Counted from the stretch's first letter, positions 35,403 to 45,329 are shown. The stretch: 64,000 nt of DNA from Candidatus Omnitrophota bacterium (GCA_003598025.1 QZKH01000003.1:106048-170047); one strand, 5' to 3'. Numbers and translations are program-made. Notes: generated from the sequence alone by a model not told the origin.

Positions 35403-36281
35403 ATGAACTCAAAGGAAAACGGTATAAAACCAGTAATAAAAGTATATAAAACGCTTTTTTCCACCCTAAAAGAGCATCGTCAGCTCATTCTGCCCTTTAT
35501 TTATTTCGCTTATTTTGAACTAGCAGCCTTAATTTTCATCTTTATTATACCCAGAGACCCCTTTGTCAGGGTTTTCGGGCCATGGGTGAGGACCTTTTGG
35601 GGCGAAGCTTTTCTGCATTATCCGGCTAATTTCTTCCTGATGCCCAAACTTGTTTCGCTATCAAGGATGTTTTTATCAATATTTATCGGTTCATTGGTAA
35701 GCGGGACTGTTGTGCTTTCGGTTTTAGAGGCAATAGGTAATAAGAGATCATATCTTAAGCAATCTTTTAAATCCGCATCAAAGAATTACATCTCGCTTTT
35801 TTTTATTGTTTTTGTGATAACGCTTTCTTTTTATTTTCTTACCAAGCTTCTAACCATAGGCCTGATTAAATATTTTGCAGGCGGCCATACTAAACTTTTA
35901 TTTATAGGCACAAGAGCTTGGCTTGGGCCGATATTATCAATAATAAGTTTTCTCATCGCCTTGTTTATACAGTCAGGTTTTGCCTATGCTATACCTTTCC
36001 TTCTTATAGAGAAAAAGAAGATCATTCCTTCCGTAATATCTTCATTCAAATTATTTAAAAAGAAGTTTTTCGCGACCTTGCTCCTTGTCGGTTTGCCGAT
36101 GGTTATTTACGGCCCGGTTATCGTGCTTAATTACAATACAAAATTCCTGGTCTTTAATGTTTTCCCTGAATTCATACTGCTTGTTTCTCTCTTAGGTATA
36201 GCCATAGCGACTCTCTTAATCGACCCATTGGTAACAATCGGGACTACTATTTTGTTTTTATCTGATAAGGACAAAAAATGA
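35403..36281 (+). CDS. polytopic membrane protein of unknown function
   Basis: About 8 TM helices. The start at 35403 was chosen because it is downstream of the promoter at 35331. Confidence 0.5.
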   Translation: MNSKENGIKPVIKVYKTLFSTLKEHRQLILPFIYFAYFELAALIFIFIIPRDPFVRVFGPWVRTFWGEAFLHYPANFFLMPKLVSLSRMFLSIFIGSLVSGTVVLSVLEAIGNKRSYLKQSFKSASKNYISLFFIVFVITLSFYFLTKLLTIGLIKYFAGGHTKLLFIGTRAWLGPILSIISFLIALFIQSGFAYAIPFLLIEKKKIIPSVISSFKLFKKKFFATLLLVGLPMVIYGPVIVLNYNTKFLVFNVFPEFILLVSLLGIAIATLLIDPLVTIGTTILFLSDKDKK

Positions 36282-37132
36282 AAAATAGAATATTATTGAT
36301 ATTGGCTTTAGCTTTTGTGGTTCTGGGTTGTTCGGATAGGTACGCTATAGAGAAACGTTACTGGGGTTTGCAGAAGCAGGCAGGGGATATATTTGGCAAT
36401 CCGCATTCAACTCCCCCAAGGCAGATTGAGCAGGTAGTCAAGAAGTTTAATGGATTCGCAAATAAATATCCCGGTACTAACCTTGCTATTGATGCCGACT
36501 TTACTATTGCCAGGCTTTATGCGGCAAAAGAGGATTTTGACAAGGCAAGAGAACAACTAAGCGCTATAATGAAAAAATACAGCAACAGCCCGGTAATCGT
36601 TTCCGAGGCGATGGCTTTATACGGGAATTCATATGAAATGGAGAATAAGTGGGGCCTGGCTGTCAATGAATATAAGAAGGTTTACGAAAAATACCCTTAT
36701 TCACGCGCCGGATTTGAGCTTCCTATTTATATTGCCAGGCATTATAAGGCAAAATTCCAGCCTGAGAGCATGAATGAAGCGTATATGGAGGCAGTAGCGC
36801 ATTATAAAACGCTTATACAGGATAATACCGACCCCAGAATCGCTATTAATGCGTATTTCCTTATGACCAACTGTTATATGGAATTAAAGGATTGGAATGC
36901 GGTAGTTTCTGCTTATGACTCTATAATAAAGAATTATAAAGATAATCCAAAGGCGCAATCTGCAGTAGAGACAGCAACTTTAAACAAGGCTTTGATATAC
37001 GCGACTCAACTGAAGAATCTCCCCAAAGCAAAAGAAATCCTGGCCGAGTTTACCAAGCGTTACCCCAGGAGCAGGCTTATCAAGGTTGCAAATAATTTAC
37101 TGAAAGAAATCGAGAAGAATGCCGCAAAGTAA
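36278..37132 (+). CDS. TPR-repeat lipoprotein
   Basis: Lipobox 'FVVLGCSD', followed by several Ala/Tyr-rich TPR-like helical repeats. Confidence 0.6.
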   Translation: MKNRILLILALAFVVLGCSDRYAIEKRYWGLQKQAGDIFGNPHSTPPRQIEQVVKKFNGFANKYPGTNLAIDADFTIARLYAAKEDFDKAREQLSAIMKKYSNSPVIVSEAMALYGNSYEMENKWGLAVNEYKKVYEKYPYSRAGFELPIYIARHYKAKFQPESMNEAYMEAVAHYKTLIQDNTDPRIAINAYFLMTNCYMELKDWNAVVSAYDSIIKNYKDNPKAQSAVETATLNKALIYATQLKNLPKAKEILAEFTKRYPRSRLIKVANNLLKEIEKNAAK

Positions 37133-38327
37133 TCAAATCTTAAATTCATCCCTGGATTTAAAGTTCAAGAGTTTCCTTGAAGAGGTGCTCAAGGATGTTA
37201 TGTATGCTCTTTCTGCTGAATGCGGCTCCCTTTTTATTTTTGATGCCGGGCATAAGGAGCTTATCCTTGATTCTTTCCTGAATTCATGCAACCTTCGTAT
37301 TAAAGGTCTTAAGAAAAGGGTAGGTGAGGGTGTTTCAGGAAAGGTCGCAGATATCAATAAGCCGGTGCTGGTCAAGAACATCAAAGCAGACGCGCGCTTT
37401 AGAAGCAATGGGTACAAGCATTATAAGACAGCGTCATTTATGTCAATACCGATAATAACTTCCAAAGGTTTGATCGGCCTGATAAATATTGCCGATAAAT
37501 CGAATAAAGAGCCATTCAGCGAGAGTGATCTTAAATTTGCCGTAGCAATAGTAAAATATGCAGTCATGCTTCTTGAGGCAAGCGATAGCTGCAGTGAATT
37601 AAAGTCCGAGAAAGAATGTTTAGGCAAAGAAAAAGAACTGCTTACTAAATACGCCTCTGTAGGCAAGCTTGCTGCGGGAGTTGTGCATGAAATCAATAAT
37701 CCCCTTGACGGGATAATCAGGTTCACAAATATCCTTATTGAGCAGATAGAGAACAATTCAGTAAGCAAGGAATACCTTTTAGAAGTAAAGAATGGTTTAA
37801 GCCGTATAGCTAAAATTACAAAATCATTATACGAATTTTCACATATCGTCAACGTAGATTCATTAAAGACAAGAGAATATGTTTATTTAAATGATATGCT
37901 GGATGAGCCTCTAAAAGTTTACGCTGAGAAAATCATGAACGGCAATATCCAGATAAAGAAGAAATTCAATGCCGGTTCCATTAAAGTGGTTGATTTCGGT
38001 TTGCAGCACGTTTTTTCTAATCTAATAAAGAATGCCCTGGATTCAATTCAGGCAGTCGGAATAATAGAGATTTCTACTGAGCTGCATAATGATACCGTCA
38101 AGATCGGTTTTAAAGATTCAGGTACCGGTATCCCTTCCGAAATATTGGGGCATATTTTTGAGCCTTTTTTTACCACTAAACCTGTCGGTAAAGGTACGGG
38201 CCTGGGGCTGTCGATCTGCAGGGAGATTATAAATAAATATGAAGGAAAGATCGATGTATCCAGCGCTGTCGGAGACGGCTCAAATTTTACCGTTACAATA
38301 AACAGAAAATACACCAAGAATGCATAA
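37119..38327 (+). CDS. GAF-domain sensor histidine kinase (HisKA + HATPase_c)
   Basis: N-terminal GAF, H-box 'AAGVVHEINNPL', N/G-boxes 'GFKDSGTGIP...KGTGLGLSI'. Confidence 0.8.
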   Translation: MPQSNQILNSSLDLKFKSFLEEVLKDVMYALSAECGSLFIFDAGHKELILDSFLNSCNLRIKGLKKRVGEGVSGKVADINKPVLVKNIKADARFRSNGYKHYKTASFMSIPIITSKGLIGLINIADKSNKEPFSESDLKFAVAIVKYAVMLLEASDSCSELKSEKECLGKEKELLTKYASVGKLAAGVVHEINNPLDGIIRFTNILIEQIENNSVSKEYLLEVKNGLSRIAKITKSLYEFSHIVNVDSLKTREYVYLNDMLDEPLKVYAEKIMNGNIQIKKKFNAGSIKVVDFGLQHVFSNLIKNALDSIQAVGIIEISTELHNDTVKIGFKDSGTGIPSEILGHIFEPFFTTKPVGKGTGLGLSICREIINKYEGKIDVSSAVGDGSNFTVTINRKYTKNA

Positions 38328-39726
38328 TAATCACGGGCATATACTTATTATTGATGATGAGCCTTTGGTTAGACGTTCTCTTTCTGAGATGCTTACGGTC
38401 TCAGGCTATGCAGTGAGTACTGCCTGCAACGGCAGTGAGGCGCTGAACCTTTTAAAAGATTATACGGTTGATATCATAATATCTGATATGAAGATGCCGG
38501 AGATGGATGGGATGCAGTTATTAAAGAGCTTAAAGAGCTTAAGATACGATGCCGCAGTTATCCTGATGACCGGATATGGGACTATTGACGGGGCAGTGGA
38601 GGCGATGAGGCACGGCGCATATGATTACGTAACCAAACCGATAGTTGACAGCGAGATAAAAATAATTATCAAGCGCTATCTTGACCAGTGCAGGATCAAA
38701 GAAGAAAACTTAAGGCTTAAAGAGCAATTATCAGTTAAAGAGCGCGAGGTCTTTCTTGATATAGTAGGTAAAGACGAAAAGATGCAAAAAATCTATAATC
38801 TTATAGAAGCAGTATCTAATACCAGGGCCACTGTTTTGATACACGGAGAAAGCGGCACCGGTAAAAGGCTGATTGCGCATGCCATACATAATTGTACCAC
38901 CCAGGAGAAAAAGAAGCCTTTCGTTGAGGTAAGCTGTGGGGCGCTTACCGATACTCTACTTGAGAGTGAATTATTCGGGCATGTAAAAGGGGCGTTCACC
39001 GGGGCCATAAAAGATAAAATGGGTCGTTTTGAGCTGGCAGACGGCGGCACTATTTTTCTGGATGAGATAGACGCTTTTTCCCCTGTGCTTCAGGTCAAGT
39101 TATTGCGCGTGTTGCAAGAAGGAGACTTAGAAAGGGTAGGGGATAATAAGACAATAAAAGTGGATGTAAGGATAATAGCTGCTACGAATCAGAGCCTGGA
39201 ACAATTAATCGAACAGGGCAAATTCAGGAAGGACCTGTATTACCGCTTAAACATAATTTCTATAGAAGTGCCTCCGCTAAGGCTGCGTAAGTTAGATATA
39301 CCGCTTTTGGTCAAGACTTTCATAAGCAAGCATTCAAAGAGTATAAATAAAAAAATAGACGACATATCTGATAAAGCATTGTCTTTATTGATTGAATATA
39401 GCTGGCCGGGGAATATCAGGGAGCTTGAAAATGTCATTGAGAGGACGATCATACTGTGTAAGGGTCCGGTTATAAGTCACCACGACCTGCCGGATTTCCT
39501 GCAAAAACAAAAATTCTCAAGCGAATCAGCGGCTGTAGATAAGAGCGGCTGCCTGAAGCTTAAAGATGCGTTAATAGCCCCTGAAAAAGAATTAATAATT
39601 AATACCTTAAATACGGTAAACTGGAACAGGACCGAGGCAGCAAAAGCGTTGGGTATTAATCGGACTACTCTTTATAAAAAGATGGGCAAACTTGGTTTAC
39701 TCAAGAATAATGGCAGAGAACAATAA
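38320..39726 (+). CDS. sigma-54-dependent response regulator (NtrC family; PrsR-like PEP-CTERM-box regulator candidate)
   Basis: REC domain with 'IIISDMKMP', AAA+ 'GESGTGKRL', GAFTGA, and a C-terminal Fis-type HTH 'NWNRTEAAKALGINRTTLYKKM'. Confidence 0.9.
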   Translation: MHNNHGHILIIDDEPLVRRSLSEMLTVSGYAVSTACNGSEALNLLKDYTVDIIISDMKMPEMDGMQLLKSLKSLRYDAAVILMTGYGTIDGAVEAMRHGAYDYVTKPIVDSEIKIIIKRYLDQCRIKEENLRLKEQLSVKEREVFLDIVGKDEKMQKIYNLIEAVSNTRATVLIHGESGTGKRLIAHAIHNCTTQEKKKPFVEVSCGALTDTLLESELFGHVKGAFTGAIKDKMGRFELADGGTIFLDEIDAFSPVLQVKLLRVLQEGDLERVGDNKTIKVDVRIIAATNQSLEQLIEQGKFRKDLYYRLNIISIEVPPLRLRKLDIPLLVKTFISKHSKSINKKIDDISDKALSLLIEYSWPGNIRELENVIERTIILCKGPVISHHDLPDFLQKQKFSSESAAVDKSGCLKLKDALIAPEKELIINTLNTVNWNRTEAAKALGINRTTLYKKMGKLGLLKNNGREQ

Positions 39727-40705
39727 CCCCAGATGGCATAGGCTGTCGTTTGAAGACCTCATAAATCTAAAGGAGTGGCAGGTAATACAGGATAATTTTT
39801 CGGCTATTACAAATGTAACGATTCGCACTCTTGATGTTAATGGTAAACCGTTAACTACCCCCAGTTCAGAGCCCCGCCTTTGCAGGGAATTAATAAAAGA
39901 CATAAAAATAAAAGATGAAATATGCGGATTGTGCCTACCGAGTTTCCTTGGCGGAAAGGCACATGTTGATAAAAACCTTACTTTCTTATGCAGGGCAGAT
40001 TTGCGAAATTTTATTGCCCCGTTGCGTATTGATGGCAAAGTAGTCGGATATGTGCTTGTAGGCCCGCTTGTTTTGGTTATGCGCAAGCCCAAAGATGAAT
40101 ACCGCAAAGTTGCCGAAGAGCTTAATATTGAATTTGAGAAATTCTGGAATGCATTTATTGAAATCAAAGTTACATCATTCTTTGCGGCGCAGTCCATGAT
40201 TGAAGTAATAAAGAACGTGGCAGAATACAGCTTGAATCTGTCATACGAGAAATTCAAGAATGAAGCGCTTTCTGTAAATCCCTTAAGGTCGCCTAATCTG
40301 CTTGATGCTTTACTTGAAGTCGCTTCTCAGGTAAGTCAGGCAGATATTGGTTCTGTGATGATGCTTAATGCTGATACTAACGAATTCACTATAGAGGCTG
40401 CTAAAGGCCTTTCTGAAGATGTTGTAAGAAAAACAAGGGTCAGCCTTGGGCATGGTATATCCGGTATTGTCGCTGAAAGCGGCAAGCCGCTTGTAATTGA
40501 TGATAAGATTCAAAATGACAGGTTAAGAGGTTTGTTACAGCGCCCGCAGCTTGGTTCTTCTATGATTATACCCATTAAGAGCAGGGAGAAGGTGCAGGGC
40601 GTTATGAATTTAGCTGCTTTTAGGGATTCAGGGGTCAGGTTTGACATGGATAAGGCAAATTTAGTCAAAAACCTGATAGATCTTGCCACGATAGCTATAA
40701 ATTAG
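39710..40705 (+). CDS. GAF domain-containing protein (N-terminal Cys-containing sensory region + C-terminal GAF)
   Basis: The C-terminal 150 aa have a GAF-like pattern 'VMMLNADTNEFTIEAAKGLSED...GHGISGIVAESGKPLVIDD'. Confidence 0.55.
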   Translation: MAENNNPRWHRLSFEDLINLKEWQVIQDNFSAITNVTIRTLDVNGKPLTTPSSEPRLCRELIKDIKIKDEICGLCLPSFLGGKAHVDKNLTFLCRADLRNFIAPLRIDGKVVGYVLVGPLVLVMRKPKDEYRKVAEELNIEFEKFWNAFIEIKVTSFFAAQSMIEVIKNVAEYSLNLSYEKFKNEALSVNPLRSPNLLDALLEVASQVSQADIGSVMMLNADTNEFTIEAAKGLSEDVVRKTRVSLGHGISGIVAESGKPLVIDDKIQNDRLRGLLQRPQLGSSMIIPIKSREKVQGVMNLAAFRDSGVRFDMDKANLVKNLIDLATIAIN

Positions 40706-40815
40706 TTCACAGTTCATAGAGATAGATAAAGTATCTAGAATCGAGCATCTAGAATCTAGGATCGAGTCAACGCTGACGGCTGACAGCTGATGACTGAAAG
40801 CTTAATCGTAGAATG
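40706..40815. repeat. mosaic repeat element, reverse orientation (modules A-I-F-B)
   Basis: agttcacagttcatag; gagatagataaagtatctaga; atcgagcatctagaatctaggatcgag; gctgacggctgacagctgatgactgaaagct. Confidence 0.8.
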
Positions 40816-40828
40816 ATAGGGAAGGGGG

Positions 40829-42166
40829 CTAGCGTTTCCTTCTAAATACCGTAGAAAGTATCTTTAAGTCCTGCCTGTATTTTGTTACAGTCCTCCTGGA
40901 TACCTTTATATTGGAATTTTTATGGATAAGCTCAGCAATCTGCTTGTCGCTTAATGGGTGGGATTTATCCTCAATATCAATACAATCTTTAATTAATTTT
41001 TTTGCCTGGTTGCATGAGACTGACTGGCCATTGGTATCAAAGACTTTGCTTGGGAAAAAATCTTTGATTGCAACCATTGACCAGGGTGTTTTTACATATT
41101 TGTTCATTATGGCCCGGCAGACAGTAGTTTCGTGCATATTGATTCTTTGCGCCACTTCTTTAAATGTAAGCGGTTTTAGCAGAGAAAATTCTTCATTTTT
41201 TATAGCCTCGCATTGAATATCTGCTATTACTTCCAAAATCAGCTTTAATGTCGATTTTCTCTTTGAGATAGCCCTGAGTATATCATTAGCGGCTTTAATC
41301 TTTTCGGTTATGAATTTTCTTAAATTAGGGTCAAGGCTTTTATCCTTAAGCATTGCTTTGTATTCTTTGTTTATATCAATTTTAGGCAGGCTTTCATCAT
41401 TTATTATTACCTCTATATCATCACTATGAATTTCGATTCTTGCATCCGGCCTGATCCTTTGATCTTCTTCTGTGGAATAGTTTCTTCCGGGTTTAGGGTC
41501 AAGCCTAAGGATTTTATGCGCAAGTTCTTCAATTAAACCAGGGTCCTGATTCAGGTCTTTTGCGATTACTTTAAAATTCTTTTTTGCTACGTTATCCAGG
41601 TGTTTTTCAACAATTTCTCTTAGTATAGGATTTGTATCGCTATTTTGGTCAAGCTGTATAAGAAGGCACTCTTTCACAGAGCGCGCTCCCACGCCAGCAG
41701 GCTCAAATTCGTGTATTATCTTTAAGATGCGCTCAACAGTCCCGGCAGGGACAGCGCAGGAGGAGGCTATCTCATCAAAGCTGGCTTTTAGGTAGCCGTT
41801 TTCATCAATATTGCCTATGATTTCTTCACCAATCCTGAAGTCACCATCATCAGAAACAAATATCCCTAATTGCCTAAGCAGGCAATCCTGCAAGGAGGTT
41901 TTCTTAGTGACAGATTCAAGCTGGAATTTGACGTCTTCATCAGTAAATTTTTTAAGCGATAGGGGAGAGGCTGGCCGGAAACCCTTGGCTAAAGATCCGC
42001 CAGAGGCGCTATAAGAAGGCTTTTCTTCAAGGGCAGGATTTGATTCCAGCTCCTTTTCAATAAGGCCTTCAATTTCGCTCAGGGGCAGCGCTAAAACGTT
42101 TAAAGAATTGGAAAGCGCTGGTACCAATAATCTGCGTAATTCTGTGCGTTGTTTTGTTTGCATCAT
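40829..42166 (-). CDS. rpoN: RNA polymerase sigma-54 factor
   Basis: C-terminal RpoN box 'RRTVTKYR', HTH, and a Gln/Leu-rich N-terminus. The start was set at the MMQTKQ... ATG pair; the track ORF extends to 42229. Confidence 0.9.
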   Translation of the reverse strand: MMQTKQRTELRRLLVPALSNSLNVLALPLSEIEGLIEKELESNPALEEKPSYSASGGSLAKGFRPASPLSLKKFTDEDVKFQLESVTKKTSLQDCLLRQLGIFVSDDGDFRIGEEIIGNIDENGYLKASFDEIASSCAVPAGTVERILKIIHEFEPAGVGARSVKECLLIQLDQNSDTNPILREIVEKHLDNVAKKNFKVIAKDLNQDPGLIEELAHKILRLDPKPGRNYSTEEDQRIRPDARIEIHSDDIEVIINDESLPKIDINKEYKAMLKDKSLDPNLRKFITEKIKAANDILRAISKRKSTLKLILEVIADIQCEAIKNEEFSLLKPLTFKEVAQRINMHETTVCRAIMNKYVKTPWSMVAIKDFFPSKVFDTNGQSVSCNQAKKLIKDCIDIEDKSHPLSDKQIAELIHKNSNIKVSRRTVTKYRQDLKILSTVFRRKR

Positions 42167-42215
42167 AGCATGATAAGTATAACATATTAATACAAAATAC
42201 TTCAATTTAAATTGC

Positions 42216-42244
42216 CTTGACAAGCACAAAATCGGGCAATATAA
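42216..42244 (+). promoter_or_regulatory. consensus sigma-70 promoter TTGACA-17-TATAAT
   Basis: TTGACA at 42216-42221, a 17-nt spacer, then TATAAT at 42239-42244, about 90 nt upstream of the DUF134 gene. Confidence 0.55.
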
Positions 42245-42332
42245 TTAAGACTAATGAGTATATACTCATAATAACATGGGCGTTAAAAGTAAGTAAGTTT
42301 GAGTAAAATACTGGTAAAAGCAAGTAAATCTA

Positions 42333-42692
42333 ATGAAACCTAAAGGCAGGCCAAAGAAATACCGGATTATACGACAGGATCCAAGGATATCCCAATTTAG
42401 CCCCAGAGGCAAGCCTGGGAGGCCTGATGAAGTATGCCTTACTATGGATGAATTTGAGGCTATAAGGCTTTCTGACAGGCTTAATAAGCCGCAAAAAGAG
42501 GCTGCCCAGTCAATGAAGGTTTCCCAGCAGACATTCAGCCGTATCTTGAGAAAGGCCCGGATAAAGATAGCAGATAGTATTACTAACGGCAAAATCATAA
42601 AAATACAAGGCGGGTTCTACGCGCTTGTTTCTAATAAGAAAAATACCTCCAGCCAGCTTCAGGAATCCCAGGAAATTAATAAATTAACTTGA
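42333..42692 (+). CDS. DUF134/UPF0251 family putative DNA-binding protein
   Basis: 'KPKGRPKKYRIIRQDPRISQFSPRG...LTMDEFEAIRLSDRLNKPQKEAAQSMKVSQQTFSRIL' matches the DUF134 pattern. Confidence 0.7.
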   Translation: MKPKGRPKKYRIIRQDPRISQFSPRGKPGRPDEVCLTMDEFEAIRLSDRLNKPQKEAAQSMKVSQQTFSRILRKARIKIADSITNGKIIKIQGGFYALVSNKKNTSSQLQESQEINKLT

Positions 42693-42973
42693 AAAGTGGG
42701 CCGCAAGGAATGGTCTTAATAACCAAAAAAGCCTTAAATTGCCTTATATATTAACTTCCTATAATATATCTTATGTTAACTTTAGCATATTGCGTAAATG
42801 CTGTAACTATGTTTAGGCGCAAATAGTTATAATAATATTGTTTTTCATGTGGATAACCGATTTTCCTTTTACTCATGTTTACTTTATCTTTTTTACTCTG
42901 ACATCCAGATACGTATCTTTTGCAGGATCTTAATTATCCTTATTTCCTCTTACTTAGTCTTATTTAGATTACA

Positions 42974-44122
42974 TTAGGCCATTTTCCTTGTCTTTATTAC
43001 TATTGCCGGGTATATTGAACCTTCGCCATAGCGGTTGTTTATATTATCTAATGTCTCTAAGAGGTCTCCCCTCTTTTTCTGCTCAATAAGTAAAGGGGGG
43101 TATAATTTAATTTTTAGGTTGCTGCAGCTTACCCCAATAGCCCTTATTTTTGGCCTTTTTAGGCCTGTTTTAGCCAGTATTTTCAGGGTATTTGAGTAGA
43201 TCTCGTAACCATCATCAGTCTCCTGGGTAATGGTATTTTGGGCGCAAAAATTGCCCATTTGCGGGCCGTTAAGCCAAAGCTTTATGGTGTTAGAAACCAA
43301 GTTTTGGCTCCTTAGCCTTTCTGATACCATCTCTGAAAGCAGCCTTAACCAGGCCTTGATAAACCCCATGGTTTCTGATGTCCTGGGAAATGTGTAAGAA
43401 TGGCTTATTGATTTGGGTTTTTCTTCTTCGTTTGTTGACTCAAGGTGTTCGGTTGCATGTAAAGATGCATATAAATTCAGGCCGTATTTACCCAGCGTTT
43501 CTTTAAGGAATCTGGCTGTTTTTTGGTGCAGGTCAAGGCATGTCTTTATGCCCAAGGTTGTAAAAAGAAGCTCTGTTTTTGGGCCTACTCCTGCGATTTT
43601 AGCAACCGGAGTCTTACCTAATACTTCTCTTAAGTTTGTTTCTGTAAGCAGGCATATTCCGTTTGGTTTGTTTATTTTAGAAGCTAGTTTTGCTAGTAAG
43701 GAATTCTTCGCTATGCCTATTGAAGCGGTTATGTTAAAGTTTGCATATATTCTTGCCTGAATATCTTTTGCCAGTTCAAGGGGCGCATTTTCCTGGCCTA
43801 TATCTAAACGGAATTCATCAATTGAAGCGTAAGCAGCCTCAAGGCTGTAGTCTTTAAGCATCCCGTAGATCTGTTGCGAGGTCCAGATATATTTACCCTG
43901 ATCAGCTGCCACAAATTCTGCTTTTGGGCATATCTGAAATGCATCTTTGGTAGGCATTCCGGAGTGTATGCCAAGGGCTTTGGCTTCATAGCTTGCAGCG
44001 CAGACTACGGTATATAATTTATTGCCTCTTGAGCCTACTATTAGCGGTTTGCCTTTTAGCCTTGGGTTGATTGCTTGCTCAATAGATGCAAAAAACGCAT
44101 CCATATCGATGTGGAGAATCAT
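42974..44122 (-). CDS. dinB: DNA polymerase IV (Y-family)
   Basis: 'MILHIDMDAFFASIEQ...KPLIVGS' canonical DinB N-terminus; 'SIDEFRLD' catalytic region. Confidence 0.9.
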   Translation of the reverse strand: MILHIDMDAFFASIEQAINPRLKGKPLIVGSRGNKLYTVVCAASYEAKALGIHSGMPTKDAFQICPKAEFVAADQGKYIWTSQQIYGMLKDYSLEAAYASIDEFRLDIGQENAPLELAKDIQARIYANFNITASIGIAKNSLLAKLASKINKPNGICLLTETNLREVLGKTPVAKIAGVGPKTELLFTTLGIKTCLDLHQKTARFLKETLGKYGLNLYASLHATEHLESTNEEEKPKSISHSYTFPRTSETMGFIKAWLRLLSEMVSERLRSQNLVSNTIKLWLNGPQMGNFCAQNTITQETDDGYEIYSNTLKILAKTGLKRPKIRAIGVSCSNLKIKLYPPLLIEQKKRGDLLETLDNINNRYGEGSIYPAIVIKTRKMA

Positions 44123-44215
44123 GGATTAGTTCATTGTTGATAGTTCATTGTTCATAGTGCATTGTTAATGGGTATGGAGTTTTCTATGAACCAAGAACCA
44201 TGAACTATGAACAGG
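44123..44215. repeat. module-A imperfect palindrome (gttcat... / ...atgaac arms)
   Basis: tagttcattgttgatagttcattgttcatag ... ctatgaaccaagaaccatgaactatgaac. Confidence 0.7.
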
Positions 44216-44219
44216 CCTA

Positions 44220-44540
44220 TTATTCTATTACTTTTTCTAACCTCCATCCCAACGTTGTATTATTGAAAGAGATTTGATATAGGTTAGCTTGTGTGCTTAT
44301 GGAGAATTTTATTATTATCTCTTTGCCTTGGCGTTCCTGCCAGTTATAGGTTATTTTCTTAATTTTATAACTTTTATTTTTCCAAATAAAAATCCGTGGT
44401 ATCAGCTTTGCGCCTTTAAACCAGGCAAGGACCTGTATTTTTTCGTTTAGAATATCCGGTTCTTCCTGGTGTTCTGCTGATGTTTCGGGAATATGCCTGT
44501 CCCACCGGGCTTTTGGATTAAAGCTTTGTTGTAGAGCCAT
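44220..44540 (-). CDS. hypothetical protein between lexA and dinB
   Basis: 106-aa ORF co-oriented with and tightly spaced between the SOS genes. No family recognised. Confidence 0.45.
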   Translation of the reverse strand: MALQQSFNPKARWDRHIPETSAEHQEEPDILNEKIQVLAWFKGAKLIPRIFIWKNKSYKIKKITYNWQERQGKEIIIKFSISTQANLYQISFNNTTLGWRLEKVIE

Positions 44541-44555
44541 ATTAGTATTGTGTAT

Positions 44556-44700
44556 CTAGTATATATTAGTTCATGGTTCATAGTTCATGGAGATAGATAA
44601 AGTATCTAGCCACAAGGTCACAAGGTCACAAATATTGCGTTATGCGTATTGCGTACGGCGTATCGAGAATCTAGTATTAAGAATCTAGGATCAAGGATTG
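44556..44700. repeat. mosaic repeat element, reverse orientation (modules A-I-E-C-F)
   Basis: ttagttcatggttcatagttcatgg; agatagataaagtatctag; ccacaaggtcacaaggtcacaa; attgcgttatgcgtattgcgtacggcgta; tcgagaatctagtattaagaatctagg. Confidence 0.85.
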
Positions 44701-44711
44701 AATATCTTTGT

Positions 44712-45323
44712 TCACCGATATTTCCTTAGTAAGCTGATTAGCTTGCCAATTACGCTGAAATTCTTGCGGATTGGCTGATAGTTTACATTAGCCGGCTCAA
44801 GATAAATATGGCTGCCTGTATTCTTGAATATCTTTAGTGTTACCTCATTATTATCAAGTAATGCTGCGATTATATCATTGTTATGCGCAAGCGGTTGTTT
44901 TTTGATGATAGCAATGTCATCTTCAAGTATGCCGGCATCAACCATGCTGTCGCCTTTGACTTTTAAGGCAAACACATCATTATAACTAAGCCTTCCTAAG
45001 TATAAGTCATAAGGGTCAACGTATCCCTGGATATCTTCATAAGCTAAGCTGGGGCTTCCTGCGGCAATCGTGCCTATAATCGGTATCTTATTAATGTTGC
45101 TTTTTGCCAGGTCTATATGGCGGGATTTGTAACTGGCGCGTTTTAAATAGCCTTTATTTTGCAATGCGTTCAAATAGTCACGTACTGTACCGGTTGAGCT
45201 AAACCCGAATTCAGCCGCGATCTCCCTTATTGTCGGAGGAATATTTTGTTCCTCTATCCTGTTTTTTATAAACTCCAGCACTTTCTGTTGTTTTGTAGTT
45301 AAGTCATTCGTTAGCATTGTCAA
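44712..45323 (-). CDS. lexA: LexA repressor (S24 peptidase)
   Basis: N-terminal winged HTH 'LTTKQQKVLEFI...PTIREIAAEFGFSSTGTV', cleavage-site-like AG, Ser/Lys dyad region 'VKGDSMVDAGI...K'. Confidence 0.9.
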   Translation of the reverse strand: MTMLTNDLTTKQQKVLEFIKNRIEEQNIPPTIREIAAEFGFSSTGTVRDYLNALQNKGYLKRASYKSRHIDLAKSNINKIPIIGTIAAGSPSLAYEDIQGYVDPYDLYLGRLSYNDVFALKVKGDSMVDAGILEDDIAIIKKQPLAHNNDIIAALLDNNEVTLKIFKNTGSHIYLEPANVNYQPIRKNFSVIGKLISLLRKYR

Positions 45324-45329
45324 CCTCCT

